This document shows positions 9,348 to 19,938 of a stretch of 52,621 nt of DNA, piece by piece. The notes under the pieces were generated by a model. The model saw nothing but the letters and a program-made list of their open reading frames with translations. It searched no databases and was not told where the DNA came from. Within the stretch, counting starts at the first letter, position 1; every line of letters starts with the position of its first letter. Source of the stretch: a virus (taxonomy: Duplodnaviria > Caudoviricetes); IMG/VR virus record IMGVR_UViG_3300042453_003401, positions 1 through 52,621 of that record. One strand, given 5' to 3'. A program made the position numbers and the translations under genes.

Positions 9348-9808
9348 AAGAAGATAGCCTTAGCCACGTCGAGAAGCTAGAGCGGCGAGCAAGGGTAACA
9401 CTATCTTCTAAATCCCCATGGGATAAAATTTACTTTCGGCTTTCTTCGTCTGCCTTTCGAGATGATCGCTGGAACCATCAAAATTTTGCGCGTCAAAGAG
9501 CTAAAGATGCGCTAGCGGCCCTGAAATGGCTGGAAACGCGAGATATAGCGGAGCACAATGCAAGAAGCATGTCAACTGCAAAGCTTTGCATGGTGGTCAT
9601 GGGAGCAATTTCCGGTAAAAAAGTTAATGCAACCGTTGACGACTTTCTTCCATTTGACACAAGAAAAATCAAAAAAGAAAATGGAATTACGGACGAAACA
9701 TTGCGGGTGGTGCGCAATTTAATGAACAAACAAAAGCTTGACGGCAGGCTTCTCGCTTTGCTAGCTGACGATTTGAAGGCTGCATCTAATCGTGAAGAAA
9801 TAAGCTGA
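9335..9808 (+). CDS. -1 frameshift extension of the tail chaperone (gpGT-like)
   Basis: A8 run at 9334-9341. The -1 frame is open from there (SLEEDSLSHVEKLERRAR...PWDKIYFRLSS...) and runs in frame into the 9569-9808 ORF. Confidence 0.8.
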   Translation, partial: KKSLEEDSLSHVEKLERRARVTLSSKSPWDKIYFRLSSSAFRDDRWNHQNFARQRAKDALAALKWLETRDIAEHNARSMSTAKLCMVVMGAISGKKVNATVDDFLPFDTRKIKKENGITDETLRVVRNLMNKQKLDGRLLALLADDLKAASNREEIS

Positions 9809-9844
9809 AGCTATAATAATGGCTAAGGGTGCGGAAATTATCAA

Positions 9845-12800
9845 ATGGCGGAAGGTAGTCCCGAGCTAAGACTAGGCATTAGTTTTGATCTGCAAAGCTT
9901 CAAGACTGTTGCGCTGCCGAGTCTTGTTCAGGCTGCGTCAAATTTCGTACTGCCCATTAAGATTCAGTTCGGCAGGGCTTCTATCAATGAAGAAATGCGG
10001 CTCTTGGGCCGTCAGCTAGGGCAACGGAAATATCGCATTGACTTGAATGATGCAAGTATTAAAAGTGCCATTGCAAATGCTGATAAACTTGCAGCAAAAT
10101 TAAGTGGCATTCGTGGCACCACAGAAAAAGCGCGAGCACTTGGAAGTGTTGTTTCCACCTCGCCAGGAGCAGGGGGACCAAGCGCCCCTCAAGTACAGTC
10201 TATTTTTGAGGCGGCAAAAGGACTGAACATTGTTCAAGGCGCTGCAAATCGAGCAAGAACACAGCTTGAGGCAGAGTTAAAAACTGGTTTTGCAACTGCC
10301 GGCGCTGAGGCATTGGACGGTCTTATTCAGGGCATTCTAAAGGGAGAAGGCAAACTCAAAGAAGTATCCACTTCTCTAGGTGAAAAGCTGCTTAAATCAC
10401 TAAAACAAGCTCTTGAAATTCAATCGCCCTCGCGGGCCATGTTCCGCATCGGCCAACAAGCAGGGCAGGGTTTTAACGATGGACTAATCGCAAGTCTTCA
10501 AGAGGCCACTAGGAATGCTGTGGCGATGATGGATGCAAGCCTGCGCAGGCTTGATCGCATTGTCGAGCTTCGCCAAAGAAAAGCTCGTGCTATAGCCCCA
10601 GGCCAGCCCGGCTTCGAAATGGCGCAGCGGCAAGCTGGCGCGGCCATGGGGCAACGAGAGCGCGTGCAAAATCGAGCAGAATCTTTGCAATTGCGCGGTG
10701 CGGCTGAACAGTTTGAAGGCGGCAGCTATCAAGCTTTGAGCAAGTTATTGCAATCGCTGCAAATTGAAGCTTCTGAAATTAAGCCAAATACTCCTGAGTG
10801 GAACAATTTACAAGAAAGAATTGCAAGAGTAAATATTGACCTACAAAAAGCAGGAAGATTGGCCGAAGAGATTCAAATGAGAGAAAACTTGGGGGCTTAC
10901 GACCCTGCAAGTCTTGCGTCTCTTGAAAGCAGGCTCGTCATTCTTAAAAACCGAGCAAGAGAAATTGCTCCTGACACTAGCGAATGGAAGGCTCTTAATC
11001 AAGAAATTCAAAGAGCAGAGCGACTTACTGAAAAGGCTAGTCGCAAGCCTGTTACAAGAGGGCAAAGGCTTGGTGCCGCTGGTGGAGCATTCCTCTACGG
11101 CGGGGGCATGGGGGGAGGCGTTGGCAGTGCCCTTGGAGGCGTTGCTGGTGGTCTAATGGGAGGAGTGCCTGGAGCATTTACTGGCGCGGCCATCGGACAA
11201 GTGACCGATAGCATTTTGGCAAGTGTGTCAGCGATGACAACGCAAGCCTCGGCGCTCATGCAAATGCAAAGGGGCCTGGCAATGGCATCAGTCGACGCCA
11301 AAGACTTTGCTGAAGCTCAAGCGACTGTTGGCAGCATGAGTCAACGACTATTAATGCCTCTCGAACAGACCACCCGCCTTTTCACCCAGTTGCGAGTAAA
11401 TACTAAGCAATATAATTTGTCAGTCCAAGAGACTGCAAGAATTATGGAAGGCACCGCCTTGGCAATTATGGCCACGGGCGGAAGTTCTGAAGACTTGGAA
11501 GGCGCGATGAGGGCCGTTGTGCAAATCATGAGCAAGGGAGGAGTGCAAGCAGAGGAATTGCGCGGACAGTTGGGCGAGCGTTTTCCTGGTGCTGTGGTGA
11601 AATTCGCCCAAGCCAACAAACTCAGTTTTGAGCAATTACAAGAAGGGCTTGAGCAAGGAAAAATTGGCATAAAAGAGTTTGTTGCTTTTGCGGAAAAAAA
11701 TTACACGGACTATGGAGCATTTAGCAAGCAACTTGCCACTGCTCCCGAATTTGCTGGTAGGCGCTTGCAGATTGCGCTGGAAGAATTGTCTCGCGAAGTT
11801 GGAGCTTTATTTGCCCCCATTGGAGCTGAAATACAAGATGCGTTAACTGGTGCCATCAAAGAAGTGGCCAAGTTTATCACGGAAAATCGAGCATATTTGC
11901 GACAGTTTATTTCAGACTGGGCCAGTATTATTGGGCCAATTGTTAAAGTATTAGGACAGTTGCTGGGCGTTGTTGCAAAATTTGCGATTGAAGTGGGAAA
12001 GATTTTTCAAAGCCTTTTCTCCCAAATTCGTCAAGCGGTTGGAATGGCGACCATAGGAGAAGCAAAAGCACGGCTTGACAAGGCAAAAGCGGCGACCAAA
12101 GGAATGACTCGCCCCACGGGCAATGTAAGAGGAGGTGGTGCTTTTCAAGAGCTTGACCAAGCCCAGCAGGCTTTTGCTGCTCTTGGTGGAAATGCGGCAT
12201 GGAAGCAAGCTAATGCCCCTCTCACTCCATCGAATCTCACTTTTGGCGGAGCTGGAGCGGGCATGTCCCTTGACAGGCTTGGAAAGCCTGAAAGAAGAAG
12301 AGGCGCAAGAGCGGGAAAAACAAGAGAAAGTCGCGTTGCTGAGCTGACTGAAGAGCTGAGGCTGGCGAAAGAGTTATTGAGTATTGACCAGCAAATAACC
12401 GTAGCGGATTTGGGCGGAAACCAGCTAGCTGTTATCCGCCTTAACGGAATAAAGGAGCAGCTTCGCATTCAAAGTGAAATTGCAAAGGTTCGCTTGGATC
12501 AAGACGTTCCTGCGGCGGAGAAACAGTTGCAAATCGAAAAATTGCGTCTTGATGCGGAAAAAGAAAGATTAACCACCAATTCAGAAATTCAGAAGCAAAT
12601 TCAAACGGAACTTCAAGGCATTCAAGATGCGATGGTTGGCATTGCTACCACCGCAAAAACTGAACTAGAAGATAGGCAAGAATATTTCCGGCTTGTTAAA
12701 AATGGCCTATCTCCTGCCATTGCTCAAATTACAGTTGAAACACAAAGACAGTTTGCGACCGAGATGGCAAAACTGGCAATGCTTGAAAAACAAACACTGG

Positions 12801-13777
12801 CGGAAATTAGCATTTTAGATGCGAAAAAAAATCAAACAAATAACGATAAAGAACAACTTAAAATTTTACGCGATCGATTGGCTCTCATTCAAGGTGGCAT
12901 AGTCGAAAGTCCAGCGCTTGCTCAAGCGACAATACAAAGTCGCACTCAAAAGCAACTTTTAGAAGATCAGCCTCAAGACGCAACTGGGTTTTTAACTGAA
13001 GCGTCTAGTGAAGCGCAGAAGGAACTTGCCAATCTGACTAATTGGGGATTCCAGGCAGTAGAGGGCGCAAAAGCGATTGGAAGCGCCTTTGGGCAGGCCT
13101 TCAAGGATATCGCTTCTGGTTCGATGAGTGCTCAAGAAGCCCTTGCAAATATGATGCAAAGTATTGCCGACCATTTCTTAGATATGGCTGCGCAAATCAT
13201 TGCCCAGCAAATCACAATGATGATTTATGGGATCATCTTGAAAGCCTTGGGCGTAATGGGGGGTGCTGCGTCTGGACTGTCAGGCGCAGGAGCTTTGACC
13301 CCCGGTGCTGGAGCTACAGCCTCACTTCCAACAAGCTATGCAGGAGTCACAGGTGGCACCGCTGGACTCGGCAGTATTGGAGCTGGTGGTGGATTCGGAT
13401 CTTTCTCCATGTTTGGATTTGCAAATGGTGGCATTGTCACGGGTCCCACTCTCGGTCTTGTGGGCGAAGGCAAATATAACGAAGCAATCGTTCCCTTGCC
13501 TGATGGCCGCTCTATTCCCGTGCAAATGCAGGGCGAAAGCATTCGCGACAAAATGGGCAGCGACATGGCAGGAGCTGGAGCATCGCCAATGCTTTCCATG
13601 AGCTTCCAAACTACTACCATCAATGGCGTGGAATACGTTGACAGGGCTCAGTTGGAAGCCGCCATGGCGGAAACTCGTAGAATATCGGTGAGAGAAGGCG
13701 CCACTCGCGGAGCAACAATTGCTCTTGACAAGCTTGCTAATTCTCCTTCTTCTCGTCGTCGCGTTGGTCTTCGTTAA
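9845..13777 (+). CDS. Tape measure protein
   Basis: 1310 aa, A/G/Q-rich and helical, with the tape_meas motif QIMSKGGVQAEELRGQLGERFPGA, LEIQSPSR and C-terminal FANGGIVTGPTLGLVGEG. Confidence 0.95.
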   Translation: MAEGSPELRLGISFDLQSFKTVALPSLVQAASNFVLPIKIQFGRASINEEMRLLGRQLGQRKYRIDLNDASIKSAIANADKLAAKLSGIRGTTEKARALGSVVSTSPGAGGPSAPQVQSIFEAAKGLNIVQGAANRARTQLEAELKTGFATAGAEALDGLIQGILKGEGKLKEVSTSLGEKLLKSLKQALEIQSPSRAMFRIGQQAGQGFNDGLIASLQEATRNAVAMMDASLRRLDRIVELRQRKARAIAPGQPGFEMAQRQAGAAMGQRERVQNRAESLQLRGAAEQFEGGSYQALSKLLQSLQIEASEIKPNTPEWNNLQERIARVNIDLQKAGRLAEEIQMRENLGAYDPASLASLESRLVILKNRAREIAPDTSEWKALNQEIQRAERLTEKASRKPVTRGQRLGAAGGAFLYGGGMGGGVGSALGGVAGGLMGGVPGAFTGAAIGQVTDSILASVSAMTTQASALMQMQRGLAMASVDAKDFAEAQATVGSMSQRLLMPLEQTTRLFTQLRVNTKQYNLSVQETARIMEGTALAIMATGGSSEDLEGAMRAVVQIMSKGGVQAEELRGQLGERFPGAVVKFAQANKLSFEQLQEGLEQGKIGIKEFVAFAEKNYTDYGAFSKQLATAPEFAGRRLQIALEELSREVGALFAPIGAEIQDALTGAIKEVAKFITENRAYLRQFISDWASIIGPIVKVLGQLLGVVAKFAIEVGKIFQSLFSQIRQAVGMATIGEAKARLDKAKAATKGMTRPTGNVRGGGAFQELDQAQQAFAALGGNAAWKQANAPLTPSNLTFGGAGAGMSLDRLGKPERRRGARAGKTRESRVAELTEELRLAKELLSIDQQITVADLGGNQLAVIRLNGIKEQLRIQSEIAKVRLDQDVPAAEKQLQIEKLRLDAEKERLTTNSEIQKQIQTELQGIQDAMVGIATTAKTELEDRQEYFRLVKNGLSPAIAQITVETQRQFATEMAKLAMLEKQTLAEISILDAKKNQTNNDKEQLKILRDRLALIQGGIVESPALAQATIQSRTQKQLLEDQPQDATGFLTEASSEAQKELANLTNWGFQAVEGAKAIGSAFGQAFKDIASGSMSAQEALANMMQSIADHFLDMAAQIIAQQITMMIYGIILKALGVMGGAASGLSGAGALTPGAGATASLPTSYAGVTGGTAGLGSIGAGGGFGSFSMFGFANGGIVTGPTLGLVGEGKYNEAIVPLPDGRSIPVQMQGESIRDKMGSDMAGAGASPMLSMSFQTTTINGVEYVDRAQLEAAMAETRRISVREGATRGATIALDKLANSPSSRRRVGLR

Positions 13778-13779
13778 TC

Positions 13780-14163
13780 ATGGCCATTTTCCCATCGCTT
13801 AAGCCAACAAACAGACGCCTGACCATGGGGGAGTATCCCACGAAGATTTACCGTGCATTGTCAGGGAAGACTGTTCGCCGCAGCTTTGGTAATCGCCCCT
13901 TCGGTTTCAGTCTCGAGCTTGATTATGAAAACGTGCCGGAGGCGACTGTGCAGGCAGTAATCAACCATTACAACACGCAACAAGGGCAAACGATTGGCTT
14001 TACTATACCCGATGCAGTGTTCGCAGGTTTAAGTGCAACCACTATCAATCTCATCAAGGCACCGTCTCGAACGCTTTGGTTTTATGCAGAAGCTCCTTCT
14101 ATCGAGGCTGTGTATCGAAGCATTAGCAATGTAGGTGTTAAGCTCATTGCAGACTTGGTGTAG
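13780..14163 (+). CDS. Distal tail / minor tail protein (lambda gpM-like position)
   Basis: First gene after the tape measure gene; 127 aa. Confidence 0.6.
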   Translation: MAIFPSLKPTNRRLTMGEYPTKIYRALSGKTVRRSFGNRPFGFSLELDYENVPEATVQAVINHYNTQQGQTIGFTIPDAVFAGLSATTINLIKAPSRTLWFYAEAPSIEAVYRSISNVGVKLIADLV

Positions 14164-14165
14164 AG

Positions 14166-14702
14166 ATGAGCAATATTCGCATTGTTCAATATTTTGAGCT
14201 TGTAGCATTCACCAATGCTGCCGCTGCCAAAAGCCTTGCAAATTTAAGCACCACTGATACCATTGTCGTTGGTCGCGAACCCGGCTCGATCATCCATCGC
14301 TACCAAAACTATTTTGTCAATGAGCAAGTAAGGTGGAACGGAGAACAATATGCCTTTGCCCCGTTCCGCGCAGAAGGCACCACCTCCAATCTAAACGGAG
14401 ACAACGCACTGGTGCAAGTGCTGTTTCCAAACGTAGAAGTGGCCATTCGTCTTGTCGAACAAGGCAACGGCAATAGACTTAGCCGTCTCACGCTTACAAC
14501 GGCATGGTTAAATGTCAACAATGGCCTCATTAAAAGCTATGCGGAGCGCTTCATTGGCATTGGTGCTGCTTTCTCCGAGACTACGATTGAGCTTAGATTC
14601 AGGAGCGCAATGGACAGTGTAGGAGCCAACTTTCCTGCTCGTTCCTTGTCCCGCAACTTAGTGGGCATTCTTCCCCTTAACGCCGATCTTTTCTTGCAAT
14701 GA
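14166..14702 (+). CDS. Minor tail protein (gpL-like position)
   Basis: WNGEQYAFAPF motif and C-terminal FPARSL; synteny. Confidence 0.55.
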   Translation: MSNIRIVQYFELVAFTNAAAAKSLANLSTTDTIVVGREPGSIIHRYQNYFVNEQVRWNGEQYAFAPFRAEGTTSNLNGDNALVQVLFPNVEVAIRLVEQGNGNRLSRLTLTTAWLNVNNGLIKSYAERFIGIGAAFSETTIELRFRSAMDSVGANFPARSLSRNLVGILPLNADLFLQ

Positions 14703-15106
14703 CACCCTCTCCATCGTCCTCTTTCAACGATCTTATTGGTCTTCAGCATCAATGGGCAAGAAGGCCAGAAGATGGAAGCGGTTTTACTGACTGTTTTGCG
14801 CTTTGCATGGAAGTGCGAAAACGTTTAGGACTGCACGATTTCATGGAAGAGTTTGGTTGGGTGTACGAGCAGTGCCAGCCCGAAGAAATTAGCAACAAGC
14901 AAATAGTTAAATGGCTATGGAAAAACGCAAGGCAAATCGTAGAGCCACGACCGGGAGCGGTATTTTATCTTCCATCGCCTAATGGCTCTTTGGCTATGGC
15001 CGTAATCACTGACAGCCAAAACTGTCTTCTGCTGGGTCCTGGAAAGAAGGTAATATCCCTGCCTTTCGCTAAAGTGGCAAAAGGCAAATACTACTGGGCA
15101 GATTGA
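14699..15106 (+). CDS. NlpC/P60-like tail tip protein (gpK-like)
   Basis: DLIGLQHQW...GFTDCFALCMEV resembles the NlpC/P60 DC motif. The catalytic His is not evident. Confidence 0.65.
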   Translation: MTPSPSSSFNDLIGLQHQWARRPEDGSGFTDCFALCMEVRKRLGLHDFMEEFGWVYEQCQPEEISNKQIVKWLWKNARQIVEPRPGAVFYLPSPNGSLAMAVITDSQNCLLLGPGKKVISLPFAKVAKGKYYWAD

Positions 15107-18100
15107 TGAGCAATAATCTTCGCAAGCTTCTGCCGTATGAACATCAGCTAGTTGAGACGCTTGGCATCACAAAAGAACAATACTTAGAGTTTGTTCTTTT
15201 GCAGCAAGAATACACCGACATCAAGGCGGGCACTGTTTTAGATGTTAGAAATTGGGAAGTCGTCGCAATTGTCTTGGCCGTTGTTGGCATACTAGCTCAA
15301 GTGGCGTCGGCGCTTTTGATGCCGAAGCCGCAAATTCCTTCAATTACACCCCAAGGTCAGCGTCAGCAAACTCGCGATGATATTTTTGCCCCTCGCTTTG
15401 GCTTTAATACCGTCCAGAATTTAGCGAAATACGGAGATCCCGTCAACCTTATTTACACCAATACTGCTGCCAACGCAAACGGTGGCGTGAGGGTGGCCAC
15501 CTCACTGTTGTGGTCTTCAGTTAAAAGCTTTGGCAGTAGTCAGTATGTTCAAATGCTTTTGCTGCTTGGCGCTGGTGGCATTGGGGCCATTGATGCCGAT
15601 CGCACTGCTTTTGGACAAACTCCCATCCGCAATTTAATTGCACAAAACTATTGGTTGTATTTTCGCCCTAACAATACTGGCATTATTCGCGGAAATGATT
15701 TGATATATGGAGGCAATGGCGAAAGTGATCCTGCCGCTGCTGGCGTCGGCAGTCGCAACCTCTACCGTATTTCACCATCGTCATCTACTTCCGCTGGCGA
15801 CGGATTTAGCCATGCTCTTTCGCCTGCCACATCTAATCAATTTGGCCTATATTCTCCCGTGCCAATCAATGCCGATGTAATTATTCGCAATGAGGCTGGT
15901 GCGGAAGAGTCTGTTTCCAGTGGCGTTCAAGCCGCCATTACAAGTCCAAATCGTGCGGCTTTATGGGGGTCCAATCTTCCGTCTAGCACTTTGCGCTCCG
16001 TTCCTGTTGGGTCCATTCTCACTGTTACTCTTAGCGCCACTAACAAGGAGGGATTGTCAACAGTTGAGCTGGAGGCCGCCGACCAAAGACGAGCATTGTC
16101 ATCTGCATTTGACAACGCCGCCATCTTCAAACTTGGTTCGGCTAAATTTAGCGTACTTCGTGCCAACAGGGGATCCACGGAGGAGGGCGATGTAATTGTT
16201 ACATTACGTTGCATCGAACAAGGACTTGCACCAAGCGTGGCTTACAATATTTCCAATGCAAAGCAAGATGCAAAACAAATAGCGGAGAGCGATCCAACAT
16301 ATGTGTCATTAAAAAATACAGCCAATAGCCTTCTCAATGCAGATCAGCGCAGGGACATTTCTACCGCCCAAGCACTCTTAAACGCCGGCAATATTTTCGT
16401 TTATCAGCAATTTAGGACCCTCAGTTATATGCGTGGCGGAGCATTTTACTCTACCGGCACCCGACTTGTATTTCAAAGAAATTTAACTGAGGGCGAAAAG
16501 CAAGCCCTTCGCGACTTTATTACTTACGAAGAAGATATTGCGCTAGGAAATAGATCGGACAATGTTTTCTTTACCAAGGTGCTTTCAAAGGTTGAGAAAG
16601 CAAGTTACGAAACAATTTCTCCTTGTCATATTGTTGACTTGGCGATCAAGGCTAGGTCTTTTAGGCGGATTAGCGGGCGTCAAGAGGTTTATGGTAGTAA
16701 TCGCGTAGCTGGCTATCCGATTAGCGACAATGGTATTAAGCTAAGAACTGCCATGTTTTTGGTTAAGTACAAAAGATCCACCGATGCAGGGTTTTCCTAT
16801 GTCAAGGGCATTTTTGTTGTAAGACGCGCTGCTGACAATGACAATTTTGTTTACTTGCGCTTTAATTCTGGGCAGTCTGGACTTAGCAACTCATTTAATT
16901 GGCACTTTGAAATAGAAGCCGTTCAAGATACAATTGCTGAATTCAAGCAAAGCTTGTTAAATGAAGGCAATGCATATCGTTTTTTCTATGTAGAGAACAG
17001 TGGAAATGCCTCGACTATTTCGCTAGGGCAAGGCCGAACTCTTTCTTTTACGGGAAGCATTGTCAACAGTACCAATTTTTTACCTCCATTGAACAATTCC
17101 CCCATCCAAACAAACGAATGGGACTTATTTAATAATACTGCGGACACTCAGTATCAGTTTTCTTTTGACAATGGGCCAGAATTTACGCTCGGGGCTGTCA
17201 GCGAGCAAATTGTTGAGCAATTTAACAACTTTCCCGGCTTATACCAAGATGCATCGCTTGTTGGCTTTAATTTGTATTCCGGCAAGAATGTGCAGGATTT
17301 GCGTTCCTTGAGCATGTTTGTAACGCAAGGGCGCCGATCAAGACTATTACGAACTTCTGGGACTATCAATGGTGTTTCGTGGGGGCGGCCCAATTTTGAA
17401 TATCTTTCACCTGTCCCCAATGGCTTTGCAAATACCGCTCCCGACATTTTTGTTGACACAGTCCTTGACTACAACGATGGCATCGGGAAATATGCTGGCG
17501 ATTTGTTCTCAGTTGATCTTGAGCAGCTATCCAGAAGTAAGAAATTTTGTGAGGTGAATGGACTGTTCATGGACGGAGTGATTGCTGAGCCGTCTTCATG
17601 GCGAGAGTTTTGGTCGGTGCATTCTACTTTTAGCCTGCTTGAACTTGCCAAGCGCGATGGAAGGGAGACGCTTTTGCCTGCAGTGCCCTACGACGCAAAC
17701 ACTGGCGCCATTTCTAGGCAGGTGCCAATTAGTGCATTGTTCAATCAAGGCAACATTCTTGAGGACAGCTACAAAGAAGAATTTCTTGACTATGGAAGCG
17801 GCACCGAAGATATTGTTGCCACTATTATTTTCAGACAAAATGAAAGAGATGGCGTATTCCCGAAAAACAACAGTGTAGATGTGCATTTGAGCGATACCAA
17901 TGCAGATCTTGCCATTCGTGAAACCATCGACCTTTCATCGTTTGTCACTCGCAGAGAGCAGGCAATCCTCGTGGGCAAGTTTCTTTGCCAGACCAAGCGT
18001 CATTCTCGCCGCGCCCTTGAATTCAAAACGTTTCCCACGGACAGCTTTGTGGCGCCAGGAAGCTACATCTATGTGGAGCTGGCGCAGAACCAGTGGAATG

Positions 18101-18477
18101 GCATCCAGACTGGCAGCATTGGCCCTAGAGGCGCTTTGGACCTGCCCCTAGCTGGATCCATCGCCAATGGCTCGTACCAGTTTCTTCTTTACAATCCCAA
18201 CGCCACCACGTCGGGCACTATTGCATTTAATAGCGTCAGCGTTTCCAACAATACTGCATCTGCGCTTGCCGCTTACGAAGGATATATATTTGTGCTTGGT
18301 ACTAAAATTAAAAATAAGAGAGTGTTCAAGGTGACAGAAGTTGCGATGGATGAGGAAGGCGAGGTGACCGTGCGAGCCGTTGAACACGCCGTGGATGAAA
18401 ACGGACTCTCTCTAATCAGCAAAGGATTGGCGGCAAGAGTGGCTGGACTGTTTACAATTGATGGCCGTCCTGAATAA
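15103..18477 (+). CDS. Tail tip / central fibre protein (gpI/J-like)
   Basis: 1124 aa, with LAKYGDPVNLIY, LFNQGNILEDSY and C-terminal FKVTEVAMDEEGEVTVRAVEH. Confidence 0.75.
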   Translation: MMSNNLRKLLPYEHQLVETLGITKEQYLEFVLLQQEYTDIKAGTVLDVRNWEVVAIVLAVVGILAQVASALLMPKPQIPSITPQGQRQQTRDDIFAPRFGFNTVQNLAKYGDPVNLIYTNTAANANGGVRVATSLLWSSVKSFGSSQYVQMLLLLGAGGIGAIDADRTAFGQTPIRNLIAQNYWLYFRPNNTGIIRGNDLIYGGNGESDPAAAGVGSRNLYRISPSSSTSAGDGFSHALSPATSNQFGLYSPVPINADVIIRNEAGAEESVSSGVQAAITSPNRAALWGSNLPSSTLRSVPVGSILTVTLSATNKEGLSTVELEAADQRRALSSAFDNAAIFKLGSAKFSVLRANRGSTEEGDVIVTLRCIEQGLAPSVAYNISNAKQDAKQIAESDPTYVSLKNTANSLLNADQRRDISTAQALLNAGNIFVYQQFRTLSYMRGGAFYSTGTRLVFQRNLTEGEKQALRDFITYEEDIALGNRSDNVFFTKVLSKVEKASYETISPCHIVDLAIKARSFRRISGRQEVYGSNRVAGYPISDNGIKLRTAMFLVKYKRSTDAGFSYVKGIFVVRRAADNDNFVYLRFNSGQSGLSNSFNWHFEIEAVQDTIAEFKQSLLNEGNAYRFFYVENSGNASTISLGQGRTLSFTGSIVNSTNFLPPLNNSPIQTNEWDLFNNTADTQYQFSFDNGPEFTLGAVSEQIVEQFNNFPGLYQDASLVGFNLYSGKNVQDLRSLSMFVTQGRRSRLLRTSGTINGVSWGRPNFEYLSPVPNGFANTAPDIFVDTVLDYNDGIGKYAGDLFSVDLEQLSRSKKFCEVNGLFMDGVIAEPSSWREFWSVHSTFSLLELAKRDGRETLLPAVPYDANTGAISRQVPISALFNQGNILEDSYKEEFLDYGSGTEDIVATIIFRQNERDGVFPKNNSVDVHLSDTNADLAIRETIDLSSFVTRREQAILVGKFLCQTKRHSRRALEFKTFPTDSFVAPGSYIYVELAQNQWNGIQTGSIGPRGALDLPLAGSIANGSYQFLLYNPNATTSGTIAFNSVSVSNNTASALAAYEGYIFVLGTKIKNKRVFKVTEVAMDEEGEVTVRAVEHAVDENGLSLISKGLAARVAGLFTIDGRPE

Positions 18478-18517
18478 AATGCTTTTAGAATACAAGCAAC
18501 AAACTTATTGATTTTCC

Positions 18518-19000
18518 ATGGCTTTCTATACTGGCCGCTCTGGAAGCCTGTCGTTTGGCACCACTGATAGCACGGCGCCTTCTAGTTCATTGTCCGCTCC
18601 CACCAATATTCGTCAAGTGGCGAAAATTCGCGACTGGAGTCTGGACACAACTGTTGAACTTATTTCTACTAACTCTATTGACAGCGGGGTTAATACTTTT
18701 ACGCCCGGCGTAAAGGGAGCCACTGGTAGCGCCACGTTGATCTACTACAGGCTTGAAGGTAGTGAAGTAAATACGCTTTATGGTTTTAATACTTTGCTGG
18801 CTAATAGCCTTGGCAAGACTGGCTTAATCACTGAGGCTGATCGAGTGTTTTTGGAGCTCAATGCCGGAGGAGGAGCAAATGATGACATTAAATTTTGGGC
18901 CTACATCACTTCGATTGGCGTGACTGTATCCACTGGTGAACTTTCCACTGTTCCCATTCAATTTACGATGGATGGAGATTTCGTGGAAGTTCTTACTTGA
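18518..19000 (+). CDS. Tail-tube-fold structural protein
   Basis: MAFYTGRSGSL...VAKIRDWSLDTTVE...GATGSATLIY...STGELSTVPIQFTMDG resembles tail tube proteins. Confidence 0.6.
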   Translation: MAFYTGRSGSLSFGTTDSTAPSSSLSAPTNIRQVAKIRDWSLDTTVELISTNSIDSGVNTFTPGVKGATGSATLIYYRLEGSEVNTLYGFNTLLANSLGKTGLITEADRVFLELNAGGGANDDIKFWAYITSIGVTVSTGELSTVPIQFTMDGDFVEVLT

Positions 19001-19006
19001 TTTTCA

Positions 19007-19888
19007 ATGACATTCTTCGCGGGGCACACGGGCACGGTTCGATTGCGTCGTAGCACGCAGGCCACGTCTTTTGACACGTCTATCGAGCCCGATGATGTCA
19101 ATACCATTTTGAATCGTTTTAGTTTTGACGGTTCAATGGAGAACGTCTTAACAGGCGATCGATTGGTGGTGAGAACAGAAGACGCTCGCAAGCTTGTATT
19201 TCTATCTCCGTCGACATGGCCGCAAGTGAATGAACGACAGGCAGGCATTGCTCTGTACGCAAATGTGAACGCTGCTGGCGGCATTCGCCTTTTCAGAGAC
19301 TTTGAGGATGCGGTTAACAATGATCGAGCGAATGAGTTGCCGCTCATTGCTTTTACTGGAGAACCACTGCCTGTTACCATTGAAATTCAAGACACCGACT
19401 TCAACACTCTTGGAGGCGTCACTGGCTTTACGCTTCAAACAGAAAGGGAGGCTGTAGAAACAACGGCATTGAGCGATAAATTCAAGCAGCAATATTCAGC
19501 GGGGTTAATCAGTGGCAGCGGATCCATTGATTGTCTATTTGCCTACCAAGGAGCAGCTAGTAGTCGTCAAGAGCTGCCAGTGTTAATGCTGCAAATTATC
19601 CAGCGAATAGAGATTGGTAGCTCTTTTGAGGCACAATTGTTTCTCACGGATGATAGTGTTTACGGCAGTACATTAGATGTGTACTACCAATTTGAAGGGG
19701 TGGTCACCAGAGCCGGAGTAGAAGTTAAAAGCGATGCCATTATTTCCACTTCCATTGATTTTCTGACCACTGGGGAAATCAAGTTGTTAATTGGACAAGC
19801 GCCGGGTTATGTGCTCCAAGAAAATGATGATCGCATTTTGCTTCAAGAACTTGGCGTTGATGCCTTGCTGAAGGAAGTCGATGATTAA
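19007..19888 (+). CDS. Tail-tube-fold structural protein with an inserted domain
   Basis: MTFFAGHTGTV...VTGFTLQTEREAVETTALSD...SGSGSIDCLF...ISTSIDFLTTG parallels the preceding gene. Confidence 0.55.
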   Translation: MTFFAGHTGTVRLRRSTQATSFDTSIEPDDVNTILNRFSFDGSMENVLTGDRLVVRTEDARKLVFLSPSTWPQVNERQAGIALYANVNAAGGIRLFRDFEDAVNNDRANELPLIAFTGEPLPVTIEIQDTDFNTLGGVTGFTLQTEREAVETTALSDKFKQQYSAGLISGSGSIDCLFAYQGAASSRQELPVLMLQIIQRIEIGSSFEAQLFLTDDSVYGSTLDVYYQFEGVVTRAGVEVKSDAIISTSIDFLTTGEIKLLIGQAPGYVLQENDDRILLQELGVDALLKEVDD

Positions 19889-19938
19889 AGAAAAGAGGAC
19901 AATGGCTAGAATCAATGCAATTCTCACGATAGTGTAAG

